A stretch of 64,000 nt of DNA. It comes from Cenarchaeum sp. Lineage in GTDB: Archaea > Thermoproteota > Nitrososphaeria > Nitrososphaerales > Nitrosopumilaceae. Positions 19,155-28,570 of the stretch are shown here, one piece after another. Positions within the stretch are counted from its first letter, which is position 1; the number at the start of each line of letters is the position of its first letter. The position numbers and the translations under genes are program-made. The stretch lies in contig OZ243037.1 in NCBI GenBank assembly GCA_965212015.1, positions 576,001-640,000 on the forward strand. Reading direction: 5' to 3'. The notes under the pieces are model-generated. The model had not been told where the DNA came from. It did no database searches and saw only the letters and a list, made by a program, of their open reading frames with translations.

Positions 19155-20282
19155 TTGGACACGTCGTTTACCGTCACCCCGAGGTTTGCAGTAAAGATGC
19201 TAGAAAAGGCGCTGCGCCTGTACACGCCGTCGGGAGGCGAAAAGCTGCTGGCAGAGTTTCTTGCAGACAAGTGCGACGATTTGGGATTCGAGGACATTCA
19301 CATTGATGATGTCGGCAATATAATAGCAAAAAAGGGCTCCGGCAGCCCCAGGATAATGCTCTGCGGGCACATGGACGTGGTGCCAGGAAAGATAAGGGTG
19401 CGAAGGGACGGCGACAAGCTGTACGGAAGGGGCGCATCAGACGCAAAGGCACCATTGATGGCCATGCTTTTTGCCGCAGCATCCGTGCAGAACAACAACG
19501 GGACGGTGGTGTTTGTAGGCGCAGTAGACGAGGAGGGAAATGCGTCCGGCATAAAGCATCTGGCAAAGCAGGATCTGGGAATAGACTATGCCGTGTTCGG
19601 CGAGCCTAGCGGGATAAAGCGCGTCACCATAGCGTACAAGGGCCGCCTTGCAATCAACCTGAGGATCAGCGCAGAGGACAGCTCGCACGCAAGCGCGCCG
19701 TGGCTCTCAAAGAACGCAATCGAGGAGGCCGTAATGTTTTGCAGGGTGCTCAAGGAGGGTCTGGAGTCCGGACAGGAGGAGAGGAGCAGGGGCATGATGC
19801 TTACTGCCACTGTGACTAAAATCATGGGCGGGACCAGCCACAATGTGACGCCAAAGGAGTGCGAGGTAGTTCTGGACATCAGGGTTCCGGTGGACAATAC
19901 GTGCAAAAAGGTAGAAGAGACAGTATCCAGGATAGTCGAGAGGCTCTCACAGGAGAGGGGAGTCGAGGCGTTTTACTCCATTTTAGATGAGACAGAGCCC
20001 TTTGAGGCGCAGCACAACTCGCCTCTGGTGCGCGCCTTTGCACTCGGCATAAGGGAGGTCGAAAACGACCACCATACGCTGATTCGAAAGACCGGTACGG
20101 GTGACATGAACGTGATAGGAAACCACCTGAAAATCCCAGTAGTCACGTATGGTCCTGGGGATCCGCACGAGGCGCACACCATAAGCGAAAAGGTGTCAAT
20201 AGACGAGTACCTGCGCGGAATCGAGGTGTTAAAAAAGACGCTGCACCACCTAAAGAGGCTGCACGACAAGGAAATAAAGTGA
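19155..20282 (+). CDS. lysK: [LysW]-lysine/ornithine hydrolase (M20)
   Basis: GHMDVVPG, GRGASDAK, DEEG, GTGDMN, YGPGD...H. Confidence 0.9.
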   Translation: MDTSFTVTPRFAVKMLEKALRLYTPSGGEKLLAEFLADKCDDLGFEDIHIDDVGNIIAKKGSGSPRIMLCGHMDVVPGKIRVRRDGDKLYGRGASDAKAPLMAMLFAAASVQNNNGTVVFVGAVDEEGNASGIKHLAKQDLGIDYAVFGEPSGIKRVTIAYKGRLAINLRISAEDSSHASAPWLSKNAIEEAVMFCRVLKEGLESGQEERSRGMMLTATVTKIMGGTSHNVTPKECEVVLDIRVPVDNTCKKVEETVSRIVERLSQERGVEAFYSILDETEPFEAQHNSPLVRAFALGIREVENDHHTLIRKTGTGDMNVIGNHLKIPVVTYGPGDPHEAHTISEKVSIDEYLRGIEVLKKTLHHLKRLHDKEIK

Positions 20283-20475
20283 CACCGCCGGATTCGGTAC
20301 GTTTTGCCGGCAGGCATCAGGCACGTCTCGCACCAGGATGCAACATTTGAAATTTGTCGCATGCAGTGAAATCAGATAACGGGCGAGAAATGCCCCAAAA
20401 AGTCATGAAAAAACCGCATTTGGAATAATTCATTCAGATTGATACAAATAATCCGATTGGCTCTAACTGGGTATT

Positions 20476-23400
20476 ATGCAGGGAGACGGTGCCGGCCTAT
20501 ACAACAAACTCCAGGGCTATCAGAACAAGCTGCTCCAGCTCACGGCATCCAACAGATGCATTTGCATCAGAAAGTTATACAGCAAGCACAGCTTTGACCT
20601 GTCCAGATTGCTAGAGGGCAACTCAAAGCAGATAGACGAGCTAGTCAGGCAGTCATTTAAGCGTAAAAAACCAGTCTGCATACTCCCGGACTCGGATGAT
20701 TCCGAAAAGGCAGTTGTAATGAGAAGGCACTTGAAGACCCTGTCCCGAAACATCAAACAGTCCGAAGACGAGACTGGATCCCAGTACTGCTATTTTGGAT
20801 TTCCCTTTCTGGAAGGGCATGTCACCGCAGAGTATTATGTCAGGGGCCCGTTGGCATTATTTCCGATATCCATCTATTACGGATATGCGCAAAACAAGAT
20901 GGGGTGGTGCATAAAGTTTCTGGATCAAAACCCAATCTACAACCACACATTGTTTACTGCCCTTGAAAAGTTAGGAAACTACAAGGTGCAGGAATCATTC
21001 GAGTCCGATTTCGAGGACATGGTGACAAGCCTTACGGCTACGGAATTTGAAGCCGAATTTACCCAAAAAATTTTACAGTTATTAAAAAACAACAGGCTGC
21101 CCATAAGCCCGCCCGATCCCGAACAGGAAAGTTCCGACGATGCGAGTAGCTTTTCTACACCGCCATTAAGGGATATGACAAAAGTCAATATCGAGGATTT
21201 GGAAAAAAAGCCGCTGAGAATCATCGATTACAAGATAGTCGGCAGTTTCCCGCAGGGGGACAGCGCGATTTATCACGATTATGAGAGCCTGATTTCCAAG
21301 GTAAAAAACGGGGAATTCAGCGACTTTATTGCCGACCTGCTCGCCGAAATGGATACGCCGCCGAAATATGCGGAAAGCGACAATGTCGACATTGAGGATC
21401 TTGACGGCACCCGCGATGTGAATTTTGATCTTATCTTGCCCAGTGACTCGTCCCAGGACAAGGTGGTACTGGCATCCCAGCACGAAAAGATTACCATAGT
21501 GAGGGGGCCTCCGGGAACAGGAAAATCACAGGTAATAGTAAACATAATTGCAAACGCGCTCTCAAAGGGGCAGAAAATACTCGTCGTCTGCCAGAAAAGG
21601 ACGGCGTTGGAGGTGGTCCACCAGAGGCTGGGCGAAAAAAATCTAGACCAGTACACGGTTCTGTTGAACAAGGAAAAGGAAGATCGAGCAAAAATGTACC
21701 ATCAGATAAAGCAGATTCTTGACAAGACGGGCAGCTCTGCCAGGTACAACCACCTGCAGCTCCAGAGCGTCTCAGACGATATCGACAGGCTCATAATAAA
21801 ACACTCAAAGATTTTTCGTGCGCTATCCAAAGAGTATTTCGGGGGGACGACAATCAGGGATCTTTATGCAAACACGTCGTCGGATTATGCAAGAAAGCTG
21901 GATCTAGGCGGAATTGTGGACAGGGTTCAATCCACGGACTTGGGCAATTTTCTTTACAGCATATCGCAGATCGAGGACAGCTATAAAAAATTCGAAGACG
22001 ACGGCCACCCCTGGAAAAACAGGAAGGATTTTGCAGGCATGAGTGCAATCAGCAAGAACAAAATCAGGGAAATTCTGTCAGGCGTTCTCACAAAGGCAGA
22101 AAACTGCGTGATTTTTCCGGACAGGCAAAAACAGGGCGTGGTAAACGATCTTGTCAAAAAGCACGCCTCGTTAAAATCGGATCTGAAAGAAATTGAGGCA
22201 AAAATATCCAAGTGTACCGAATCCATCAGGGCGATTTCAAACCCACACAACACGCCCATACCGCTGGCAAATTTGGATGAGCTCATCAATTGTGTTAATG
22301 CGGGAATGATTCTGTGGGACAGGTTCCGCGATTACGATAGAATCATTCAGATTACAAAAGACAGGATCGTCATGGACGACTATACAGAACAGACCGATTT
22401 GCTCGAGGCATTCTCCAACCCGGCGGAAAAAACATCGTTCTGGAAAAAACTCACCGATTCGGAGGCAAAAAGAAAGGACAAGCTCAAAAAGGAATTCGAT
22501 GAGAATCCGGACAATTCCGCCAAGACCCACGGGGAGCTCAAAGGCCTGCTTGAAAACGGGCTTGAGCTGTGGAATGCGGCGCGCGATCATCAGGGCCTGA
22601 AAAAATATATTTTTGAAAAGGCCTTTTTGCTGAATGATGACGGCGAGCAAGGCCACCTGCTCAAGGAGCTCAGGACGCTAAACGATCTTCGGATAGATCT
22701 CAAGCACAAGTCGGATCAGTCACACGCAGATGTAAAATCCATGCAAGAGCTTTTCGGGGATTCCGAAATATATTTTGACAGAAACGAGGATGTGCAACAG
22801 TTAGTTCTCAGAATCACCAACGGCGCAGGCATGATAGACCAGGTTGACTCCCTTTCAGAGTTTGTTACGGATGCCGAGATTTCCGCAATCAATGCCAAAC
22901 TCCCGGATATTGGCGAATTGGTGTCCCATATTAGGAATTTGAACGATAGTCTGGGCGACTTTGACATGCTGCAGTCATACGACATCAAAAAATCCGATTT
23001 AAGCGACGATCAGCGGGCAATTCTGGGCCAGTGCCTGTCAGTACTGTCCAAGGGTGAGGACTGGAACGAGATCATCAGGCAGGAAATCTATCACCACTGG
23101 ATCGAGGCAATAGAGCAGGACAATTTGGTGTTGCGAGAGGGCTTTGGCGACTACAAGCAGAATCAGGAACGACTGGCATCACTAATGGAGAAAAAATCGG
23201 ACTTGATCGTAGAAAAGATAATAGACGCGATTGAAACACACGCAAATTTCAAGCCGGGAATGGGAAACAGGAGAACAAAAAGAGAGGTGGAATACAGCGA
23301 GTTGAACCACCAATTGGGCAGGAAAAGAAACGTAAAGCCGGTCAGAAAGATTTTCGAGGAATTCGAACACATCCTGCTGGATATAGTCCCATGCTGGCTT

Positions 23401-24750
23401 GCATCCCCGGACATGGTTTCAAACATATTTCCGCTCGAGGAGAACATGTTTGATCTGGTTATAGTCGACGAGGCCAGCCAGCTTGCAGCGGAAAGGGCGC
23501 TGCCGTTTTTGTACAGGGGGGAGCGGATAGTCATTGCAGGCGATGAAAAACAGCTAAAGCCGCACGACTTGTTTCAGATAAAGGGCGAGGAGGACGAGGA
23601 GGAATACGAGGAGATCAACATAGAGAGCCTGCTCCTTTTGGCAAAAAAGCGAGGCTATACGCACATTACGCTCCAGTGGCACTATAGATCAAAATGGCAA
23701 GAGTTGATCGATTTTTCCAATCATGCGTTTTATAACGACATGCTCCAGGTCTCGCCAAACGCGCAGATCAAGACGCCGTCGCCCCCAATCGAATGGGTGG
23801 ACTGTCCCAAGGGAATGTGGGAGAACCGGGCAAACGTCACCGAGGCAGCAAAGGTCACAGACGTCCTGTATGAAATCCTGCAAAAGTATGACGGCAGAGA
23901 GACGCCGACGATTGGAATGATCACGTTCAACATCAGTCAAAAAGAAGAGATTCTAAACAGGATTGACGCCAAAAGAAAGGAGGATCCTGTGTTTGATCAA
24001 CTGTACGGAAACGTCGAGAATCCCGCAAGCGGCAGGAAGGACGACGAGGTTTTTGTACGGCCCATCGAGAACGTCCAGGGCGACGAGAGGGACATTATAA
24101 TATTTTCAGTCGGATACGCAAAGGATTTTGAGGGCAAATTTCGCCTGCAATTCGGCTCGTTGAGCGGCGATGGCGGAGAGAACCGGCTGAACGTGGCAAT
24201 CACCCGTGCAAGCAAAAAGATTATCGTCGTATGCTCCATTGATCCGCGCGACATGAAGGTGGATAGTACAAAAAATCCAGGCCCAAAGCGCCTCAAGGAT
24301 TTTCTCATGTATGCAAACGCAGTCAGCAACGGGGATAAAGACAGGATTACGCAGATTTTGGAATCCCTCAGCTCCGGAATGAACACCATACGACAGAGGC
24401 CAAAGCATTTTGACAGCGAGTTTGAGGAGCTCGTCCACGACAGGCTCGAGGCCGAGGGCTATTCCGTCAATACCCAGGTCGGCCAGTCAGGATACAGGAT
24501 AGATCTTGCAATAGTGCACCCGAATGACTCCGGAAGGTATGTCCTGGGCATAGAGTGCGACGGGGCGATGTTTCACTCTGGAAAGAGCGTGCGAGAGCGC
24601 GACGTCACCCGACAGCAGTTTCTGGAACGGCGCGGCTGGAAGATCGACAGGATTTGGAGCAGGAGCTGGTGGAAAAACCCGGGTGCGGAAATCCAGCGCA
24701 TAAAGAAAAAAGTCGAATCACTGGTGCAAGAGGATTCCAGGGCAGGATAG
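20476..24750 (+). CDS. DUF4011 + SF1B (Upf1-like) helicase + C-terminal PD-(D/E)xK/Vsr-like nuclease (Hhe-like defence protein)
   Basis: GPPGTGKSQ, DEASQ, GDEKQL, HYRS, ENVQGDERD, RLNVAITRA, YRIDLAI..GIECDG..FH..RD..RQ..LE..GW. Confidence 0.85.
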   Translation: MQGDGAGLYNKLQGYQNKLLQLTASNRCICIRKLYSKHSFDLSRLLEGNSKQIDELVRQSFKRKKPVCILPDSDDSEKAVVMRRHLKTLSRNIKQSEDETGSQYCYFGFPFLEGHVTAEYYVRGPLALFPISIYYGYAQNKMGWCIKFLDQNPIYNHTLFTALEKLGNYKVQESFESDFEDMVTSLTATEFEAEFTQKILQLLKNNRLPISPPDPEQESSDDASSFSTPPLRDMTKVNIEDLEKKPLRIIDYKIVGSFPQGDSAIYHDYESLISKVKNGEFSDFIADLLAEMDTPPKYAESDNVDIEDLDGTRDVNFDLILPSDSSQDKVVLASQHEKITIVRGPPGTGKSQVIVNIIANALSKGQKILVVCQKRTALEVVHQRLGEKNLDQYTVLLNKEKEDRAKMYHQIKQILDKTGSSARYNHLQLQSVSDDIDRLIIKHSKIFRALSKEYFGGTTIRDLYANTSSDYARKLDLGGIVDRVQSTDLGNFLYSISQIEDSYKKFEDDGHPWKNRKDFAGMSAISKNKIREILSGVLTKAENCVIFPDRQKQGVVNDLVKKHASLKSDLKEIEAKISKCTESIRAISNPHNTPIPLANLDELINCVNAGMILWDRFRDYDRIIQITKDRIVMDDYTEQTDLLEAFSNPAEKTSFWKKLTDSEAKRKDKLKKEFDENPDNSAKTHGELKGLLENGLELWNAARDHQGLKKYIFEKAFLLNDDGEQGHLLKELRTLNDLRIDLKHKSDQSHADVKSMQELFGDSEIYFDRNEDVQQLVLRITNGAGMIDQVDSLSEFVTDAEISAINAKLPDIGELVSHIRNLNDSLGDFDMLQSYDIKKSDLSDDQRAILGQCLSVLSKGEDWNEIIRQEIYHHWIEAIEQDNLVLREGFGDYKQNQERLASLMEKKSDLIVEKIIDAIETHANFKPGMGNRRTKREVEYSELNHQLGRKRNVKPVRKIFEEFEHILLDIVPCWLASPDMVSNIFPLEENMFDLVIVDEASQLAAERALPFLYRGERIVIAGDEKQLKPHDLFQIKGEEDEEEYEEINIESLLLLAKKRGYTHITLQWHYRSKWQELIDFSNHAFYNDMLQVSPNAQIKTPSPPIEWVDCPKGMWENRANVTEAAKVTDVLYEILQKYDGRETPTIGMITFNISQKEEILNRIDAKRKEDPVFDQLYGNVENPASGRKDDEVFVRPIENVQGDERDIIIFSVGYAKDFEGKFRLQFGSLSGDGGENRLNVAITRASKKIIVVCSIDPRDMKVDSTKNPGPKRLKDFLMYANAVSNGDKDRITQILESLSSGMNTIRQRPKHFDSEFEELVHDRLEAEGYSVNTQVGQSGYRIDLAIVHPNDSGRYVLGIECDGAMFHSGKSVRERDVTRQQFLERRGWKIDRIWSRSWWKNPGAEIQRIKKKVESLVQEDSRAG

Positions 24751-24755
24751 CAAAA

Positions 24756-25430
24756 ATGAAAGCAAAGACCGGCTATGCATTGCTTTTGATTTTTCTAATA
24801 TTGTTAATTGCCGTGCATATAGTGTTTCTCCCGATATTTTTCATCATGCTTGTCGTCATTGCAGCTTATCAAGCTAAAAAAAGTAGAGAGGTAAAAAAGA
24901 AAAAGAAAACACGCAATGTGGATCCGGTCCAAGAGAATAAACCAGATGCCGAAAATGACTCCAAAGCTTACCCCCCGGAACAGGTGAAATCCGCTTCTGC
25001 CATAAGCACAAACAGTACGAATGATACGGATGATGAGATTGCCGAGGCCGAATATTATGACAGTGCGGATCATAAATTCGGCATCTATCACAAGACGGAT
25101 CATGATATGGAGTCATTCTCAAAGGACGCCTTGGCATACAATACGGGGCATCCAGAATCGGCAGAAAAAACATTCAAAAAAGATTATTGGGCGCTAGACT
25201 GGAATGACAGTCCACAGTACAAGCAGCACAAGTTTTTGGAGGCCATAGAATTCTGCGAAAAGAACAATCTTGGAAGCAAGTCCAAGATCAGAAGGTTGAG
25301 GACAAAGATTGAGAGGTGGGGCATAGTAAACGAGAGAGACGAGGATGCGCTATTGTCAGACTATGAACACCTTGTGGAATTGATAGAGTTTTTTGGGCGC
25401 AAGCCCGTCGATTCGGATCAAAATGACTAG
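24756..25430 (+). CDS. hypothetical protein with N-terminal membrane anchor
   Basis: ATG 5 nt after helicase stop; long hydrophobic N-terminus followed by basic patch. Confidence 0.65.
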   Translation: MKAKTGYALLLIFLILLIAVHIVFLPIFFIMLVVIAAYQAKKSREVKKKKKTRNVDPVQENKPDAENDSKAYPPEQVKSASAISTNSTNDTDDEIAEAEYYDSADHKFGIYHKTDHDMESFSKDALAYNTGHPESAEKTFKKDYWALDWNDSPQYKQHKFLEAIEFCEKNNLGSKSKIRRLRTKIERWGIVNERDEDALLSDYEHLVELIEFFGRKPVDSDQND

Positions 25431-25526
25431 CGTGCATGCTTGCGGGTGTTTTCTTGGATGTTTTTGACCCTGCCCACCTGCCCGTCCTTTAATCTTACCT
25501 TTATTCCGTGCGGGTGTGATTCACTA

Positions 25527-26620
25527 TACTGACGCTCAAAAATAATTTCGCCTACTGAACAATTTTGAACAGAAAAGTATAAGGATCAGCGGTTCTAGGC
25601 AATTATCATGATCAAAACATCACTCATGGAGGCCATAAAGTCTGAAAAAAACGTCAAAATACACAAGAAACTGATTGCAGTCAATTTGGTACGTAGTAAG
25701 GGATGTTCCACAAGCTTTGCTGCCGAATCAGTCGGCGTCACACAGCGTTCTGTACAGTTGTGGCTGGAATATTTCGACAATGATGGAATAGAAGGTCTCA
25801 GGACTCTGCCGCAGGAGGGCAGGCCTCCTCTTGTACCGCGCATTAGAATTAAGAAAATGGCAAAGAGGTTGTGTAATAAAGGAAAGCTTACACCAAAAAA
25901 GCTTCAAAGAAAAATCTACAATAAATACAGGGTCAAATACAGCATGTGCAACATTCGAAAAATCCTGAATTGGTTTAATTATACATTAAAGGCCTCAACA
26001 CGAACATACGTCAAGGCAAGCAGCAAGTCGGAATGCACAAGGTGGCGAAACGAGAATTTGCCGGATATTTTACGCATGGAAGGGCAAGGATTTACAGTTG
26101 TAATCCAGGACGAGTCCATTTTTGTACATGATTCTATGGCAGGGAAAAAATATTGGTCGTTGCGGGGTGAAAGAATTCCCATAAAAAGTACCGGATCCCA
26201 CACGAAAATTATCGTATATGGTGCGCTAGCAGGTAATGGCTCACAACTGTTCCGATTATATCCAAAGTTTAACGGCGAAACGTTTGTACAATATCTTGAG
26301 GATATGCGGCTCAAATGGAAAAAAGTTCTAGTCATTGTGGACAATGCATCTCAGCACAGATCTAGTGACGTAAAAGAATACCTGAAGAAGCACAAGGACG
26401 TCATCCTGTATTATCTTCCGACATATTCACCGCAACTCAGTGCCATCGAAGAGTGCTGGCGACAGGCCAAGTACGAGCTAGTCCATTCCGAATATTACGA
26501 GACTGCAGAGAAAATGTGGATTACAGTATCAGAGTATTTCAGAAACAAAAGATTCAATCTGGACATCTATCGCTATTTAGAGCGCAGTCTGTGAGGCGAA
26601 ATAACTTATGATCGACGGAG
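25527..26620 (+). mobile_element. IS630-family insertion sequence (~1.09 kb)
   Basis: Imperfect 27-bp terminal inverted repeats (19/27, inner ATTTCGCCT identical), TA duplicated at 25525-26 and 26621-22. Confidence 0.9.
25608..26594 (+). CDS. IS630 transposase
   Basis: HTH, QDES, VDNASQH, LPTYSPQLSAIEECW DDE motifs. Confidence 0.92.
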   Translation: MIKTSLMEAIKSEKNVKIHKKLIAVNLVRSKGCSTSFAAESVGVTQRSVQLWLEYFDNDGIEGLRTLPQEGRPPLVPRIRIKKMAKRLCNKGKLTPKKLQRKIYNKYRVKYSMCNIRKILNWFNYTLKASTRTYVKASSKSECTRWRNENLPDILRMEGQGFTVVIQDESIFVHDSMAGKKYWSLRGERIPIKSTGSHTKIIVYGALAGNGSQLFRLYPKFNGETFVQYLEDMRLKWKKVLVIVDNASQHRSSDVKEYLKKHKDVILYYLPTYSPQLSAIEECWRQAKYELVHSEYYETAEKMWITVSEYFRNKRFNLDIYRYLERSL

Positions 26621-26865
26621 TAGACGTCAGGATTGCATCTATTACGCCCACGGTAAACCTGCCTGTCCCCTGATCGATTTTTGTCTCAATTGAGACGCAT
26701 ATTCCCTTGCTGATCTGGGATCTTGCTGGAACTCTTGACATGCACCGGATGCGCATATTTGGGATTTAAGTGCAACTATCAAACTCGCAAGATTCGACCT
26801 AATGCTCGTCGGATGTTATGGCGGTAAAAATTGAAGAATGATGGCAGAAAAGATCATGAAAAGGG

Positions 26866-26939
26866 CCCATAGTCACATTAGCCCAAGGTCATTCAGCCAC
26901 GATGATGACACCGAAGCCCCAAGGGATTCAACATATGGG
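26866..26939 (-). ncRNA. putative structured RNA, copy A
   Basis: CCCAUAuGUU-GAAUCCCUUGGG-hairpin-UGAAUGACCUUGGGCUAAUGU-GACUAUGGG; homologous to copies at 28006 and 59203. Confidence 0.6.
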
Positions 26940-26961
26940 TAACGGACGTCAGTACGGACGG

Positions 26962-26976
26962 TATATTATTCTGTCG
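26962..26976 (-). promoter_or_regulatory. putative BRE/TATA for RNA copy A
   Basis: ATAATATA on minus strand, 32 nt from the GAATCC motif as in the other two copies. Confidence 0.5.
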
Positions 26977-27060
26977 TCGAATATCCCCGCTTTTGCCCGA
27001 ATAAGGGGGGTTTTTCCGGCAACAGATCTGCTTTTATTTTACGGATACCATAAAAATCAA

Positions 27061-27960
27061 ATGGATTATTCAGGGCTGGAGCATTTCATTCATAGAAAAA
27101 TGAGAATGACCCACATTTACCAGCCGCTGATGATAAGGACCCTGCTAGAGGCAGACGACAATACTGCCACCGTAGAAGAGATTGCAAGGAAGTTTTTGAA
27201 CAGTGACGATTCGCAGCTAAACTATTACAAGAAAATTGCAAAGAGGTGGCCGCACATAACCCTGAAAAAACACAATATTGTAAGCTACAAAAAGGGCAGG
27301 TATACGCTGCTAATTGACGAAAGGCTCTCATCCGAGGAAAAAACCCGGCTCTTGGAGCTGTGTGATCTCAGATTAAACGAGTTCGTCGACAAGGATCCCT
27401 GGATTCAACAGATACGCAAGCTCGAAGACCTGTCACCCAGCAAGAGTCTCCGGTATGATATATTTTCAAAATCAAAGGGCGTGTGCATCGCATGCGGGGC
27501 AAGACCACCCCAGGTCTCGCTGCACGTGGATCACATCATGCCAGTATCCCGCGGCGGACTCACAGAACCGAGCAACCTGCAGGCGCTATGCTACAAGTGC
27601 AATACACAAAAAAGAGACCGCGATGATTTGGATTTTCTTAGGTGGCACAAGCGGCTACAGTTCCGGCACGTAAAATGCCCCCTCTGCAACGAAAAAGACA
27701 GTATCAGGTCGAATAATCTGGCATATGCAATCAGGGCAAGGGATCCCGTCGCCGAGATGCATTCGATGGTCATACCGAACAGACACGTAAACTCGTTCAT
27801 GGACTTGATTCCCGCAGAAAAGCAGCTCTGCCTTGCACTGGTAGACGAGATTACTGACGAGATTAAAAAGATCAATCCAAAGACGGACGGATTCCAGATA
27901 TCCGGGCTTGATGGAAGACACGAGGAGCACTGCAGCATCAATATAATTCCAAAAGAGTGA
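27061..27960 (+). CDS. HNH endonuclease fused to degenerate HIT-like domain
   Basis: CIACG...LHVDHIMP.S.GG...NLQALCYKCN; CPLC...HSMVIPNRHV; ATG 27061 preferred over 26902. Confidence 0.8.
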   Translation: MDYSGLEHFIHRKMRMTHIYQPLMIRTLLEADDNTATVEEIARKFLNSDDSQLNYYKKIAKRWPHITLKKHNIVSYKKGRYTLLIDERLSSEEKTRLLELCDLRLNEFVDKDPWIQQIRKLEDLSPSKSLRYDIFSKSKGVCIACGARPPQVSLHVDHIMPVSRGGLTEPSNLQALCYKCNTQKRDRDDLDFLRWHKRLQFRHVKCPLCNEKDSIRSNNLAYAIRARDPVAEMHSMVIPNRHVNSFMDLIPAEKQLCLALVDEITDEIKKINPKTDGFQISGLDGRHEEHCSINIIPKE

Positions 27961-28005
27961 ACCGCCAAGTCTTGTAAAAATCCAGAATTGACCAGAATGA
28001 TTGCT

Positions 28006-28065
28006 CCGCACTCACATGAGCCCAAGGATTCACTATCTCAGATAGCCCAAGGGATTCGAGCACGG
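28006..28065 (-). ncRNA. putative structured RNA, copy B
   Basis: CCGUGCUC-GAAUCCCUUGGG-CUAUCugaGAUAG-UGAAUCCUUGGGCUCAUGU-GAGUGCGG. Confidence 0.7.
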
Positions 28066-28089
28066 CTTGCTTGCAGTACGTTATGGGAG

Positions 28090-28107
28090 TATAATAATCT
28101 TGTCGGT
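28090..28107 (-). promoter_or_regulatory. putative BRE/TATA for RNA copy B
   Basis: ccgacaagaTTATTATA on minus strand, 24 nt upstream of the closing stem. Confidence 0.55.
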
Positions 28108-28223
28108 TATTTTACGTAACAGGTTAGGTTCAAGAGGGATGTTTGGATCTACGGGCACGGAACCTAACCAGTTGCTTTTTCCATACGTAAACCTTTAAAT
28201 TTTAACACAGTCAGTGCTTGTAC

Positions 28224-28379
28224 ATGACACTAAGATATGTGGCACCCCTAAACGACGAGCAGTGGAAGATACTGACGGACGCACTAAAGGCAGGCCCCAC
28301 GCCAGAGCAGAGAGAGTTTGTGAAAAAAGCAGTAGAGCTCTTTAAAGACCAAAAAGAATACATAGAGAAAAAAGACTAG
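28224..28379 (+). CDS. putative antitoxin, copy 1 (51 aa)
   Basis: MTLRYVAPLNDEQWKILTDALKAGPTPEQREFVKKAVELFKDQKEYIEKKD*; paralog of ORF upstream of GNAT. Confidence 0.65.
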   Translation: MTLRYVAPLNDEQWKILTDALKAGPTPEQREFVKKAVELFKDQKEYIEKKD

Positions 28380-28388
28380 AAACCCATG

Positions 28389-28570
28389 ATTACCACGGTG
28401 TAAAAGCCGTGGCCCCATTGAAGCATTATCGATCTGGAAGATTGAATTGAACACCAGTTAGGTTACCACGGTGTAAAAGCCGTGGCCCCATTGAAGCATT
28501 ATCGATCTGGAAGATTGAATTGAACACCAGTTAGGTTACCACGGTGTAAAAGCCATGACCTCATCAAAGC
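28389..28570 (+). CRISPR. orphan CRISPR mini-array: 3 x 36-bp repeats, two identical 37-bp spacers
   Basis: Repeat GTTACCACGGTGTAAAAGCCGTGGCCCCATTGAAGC (CCACGG/CCGTGG hairpin, ATTGAAGC 3' end) at 28389, 28462, 28535 (last with 5 mismatches). Confidence 0.8.

Larger units (their letters stand above)
25427..26741 (-). pseudogene. YwbE/DUF2196 family gene split by IS630
   Basis: Removing the IS and one TA restores MSRVPARSQISKGICVSIETKIDQGTGRFTVGVIDAILTS|SESHPHGIKVRLKDGQVGRVKNIQ...*. Confidence 0.88.

Noticed and set aside
24555-24755. N-terminal extension of the 291-aa ORF
   Set aside because: Overlaps the helicase C-terminus; ATG at 24756 is more plausible
26902-27060. N-terminal extension of the HNH-HIT ORF
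   Set aside because: Overlaps RNA copy A and its promoter; not protein-like
28122-28169. Integron attC-like site (GTTAGGT ... ACCTAAC)
   Set aside because: Core boxes are in the wrong order for attC and no integron integrase is present
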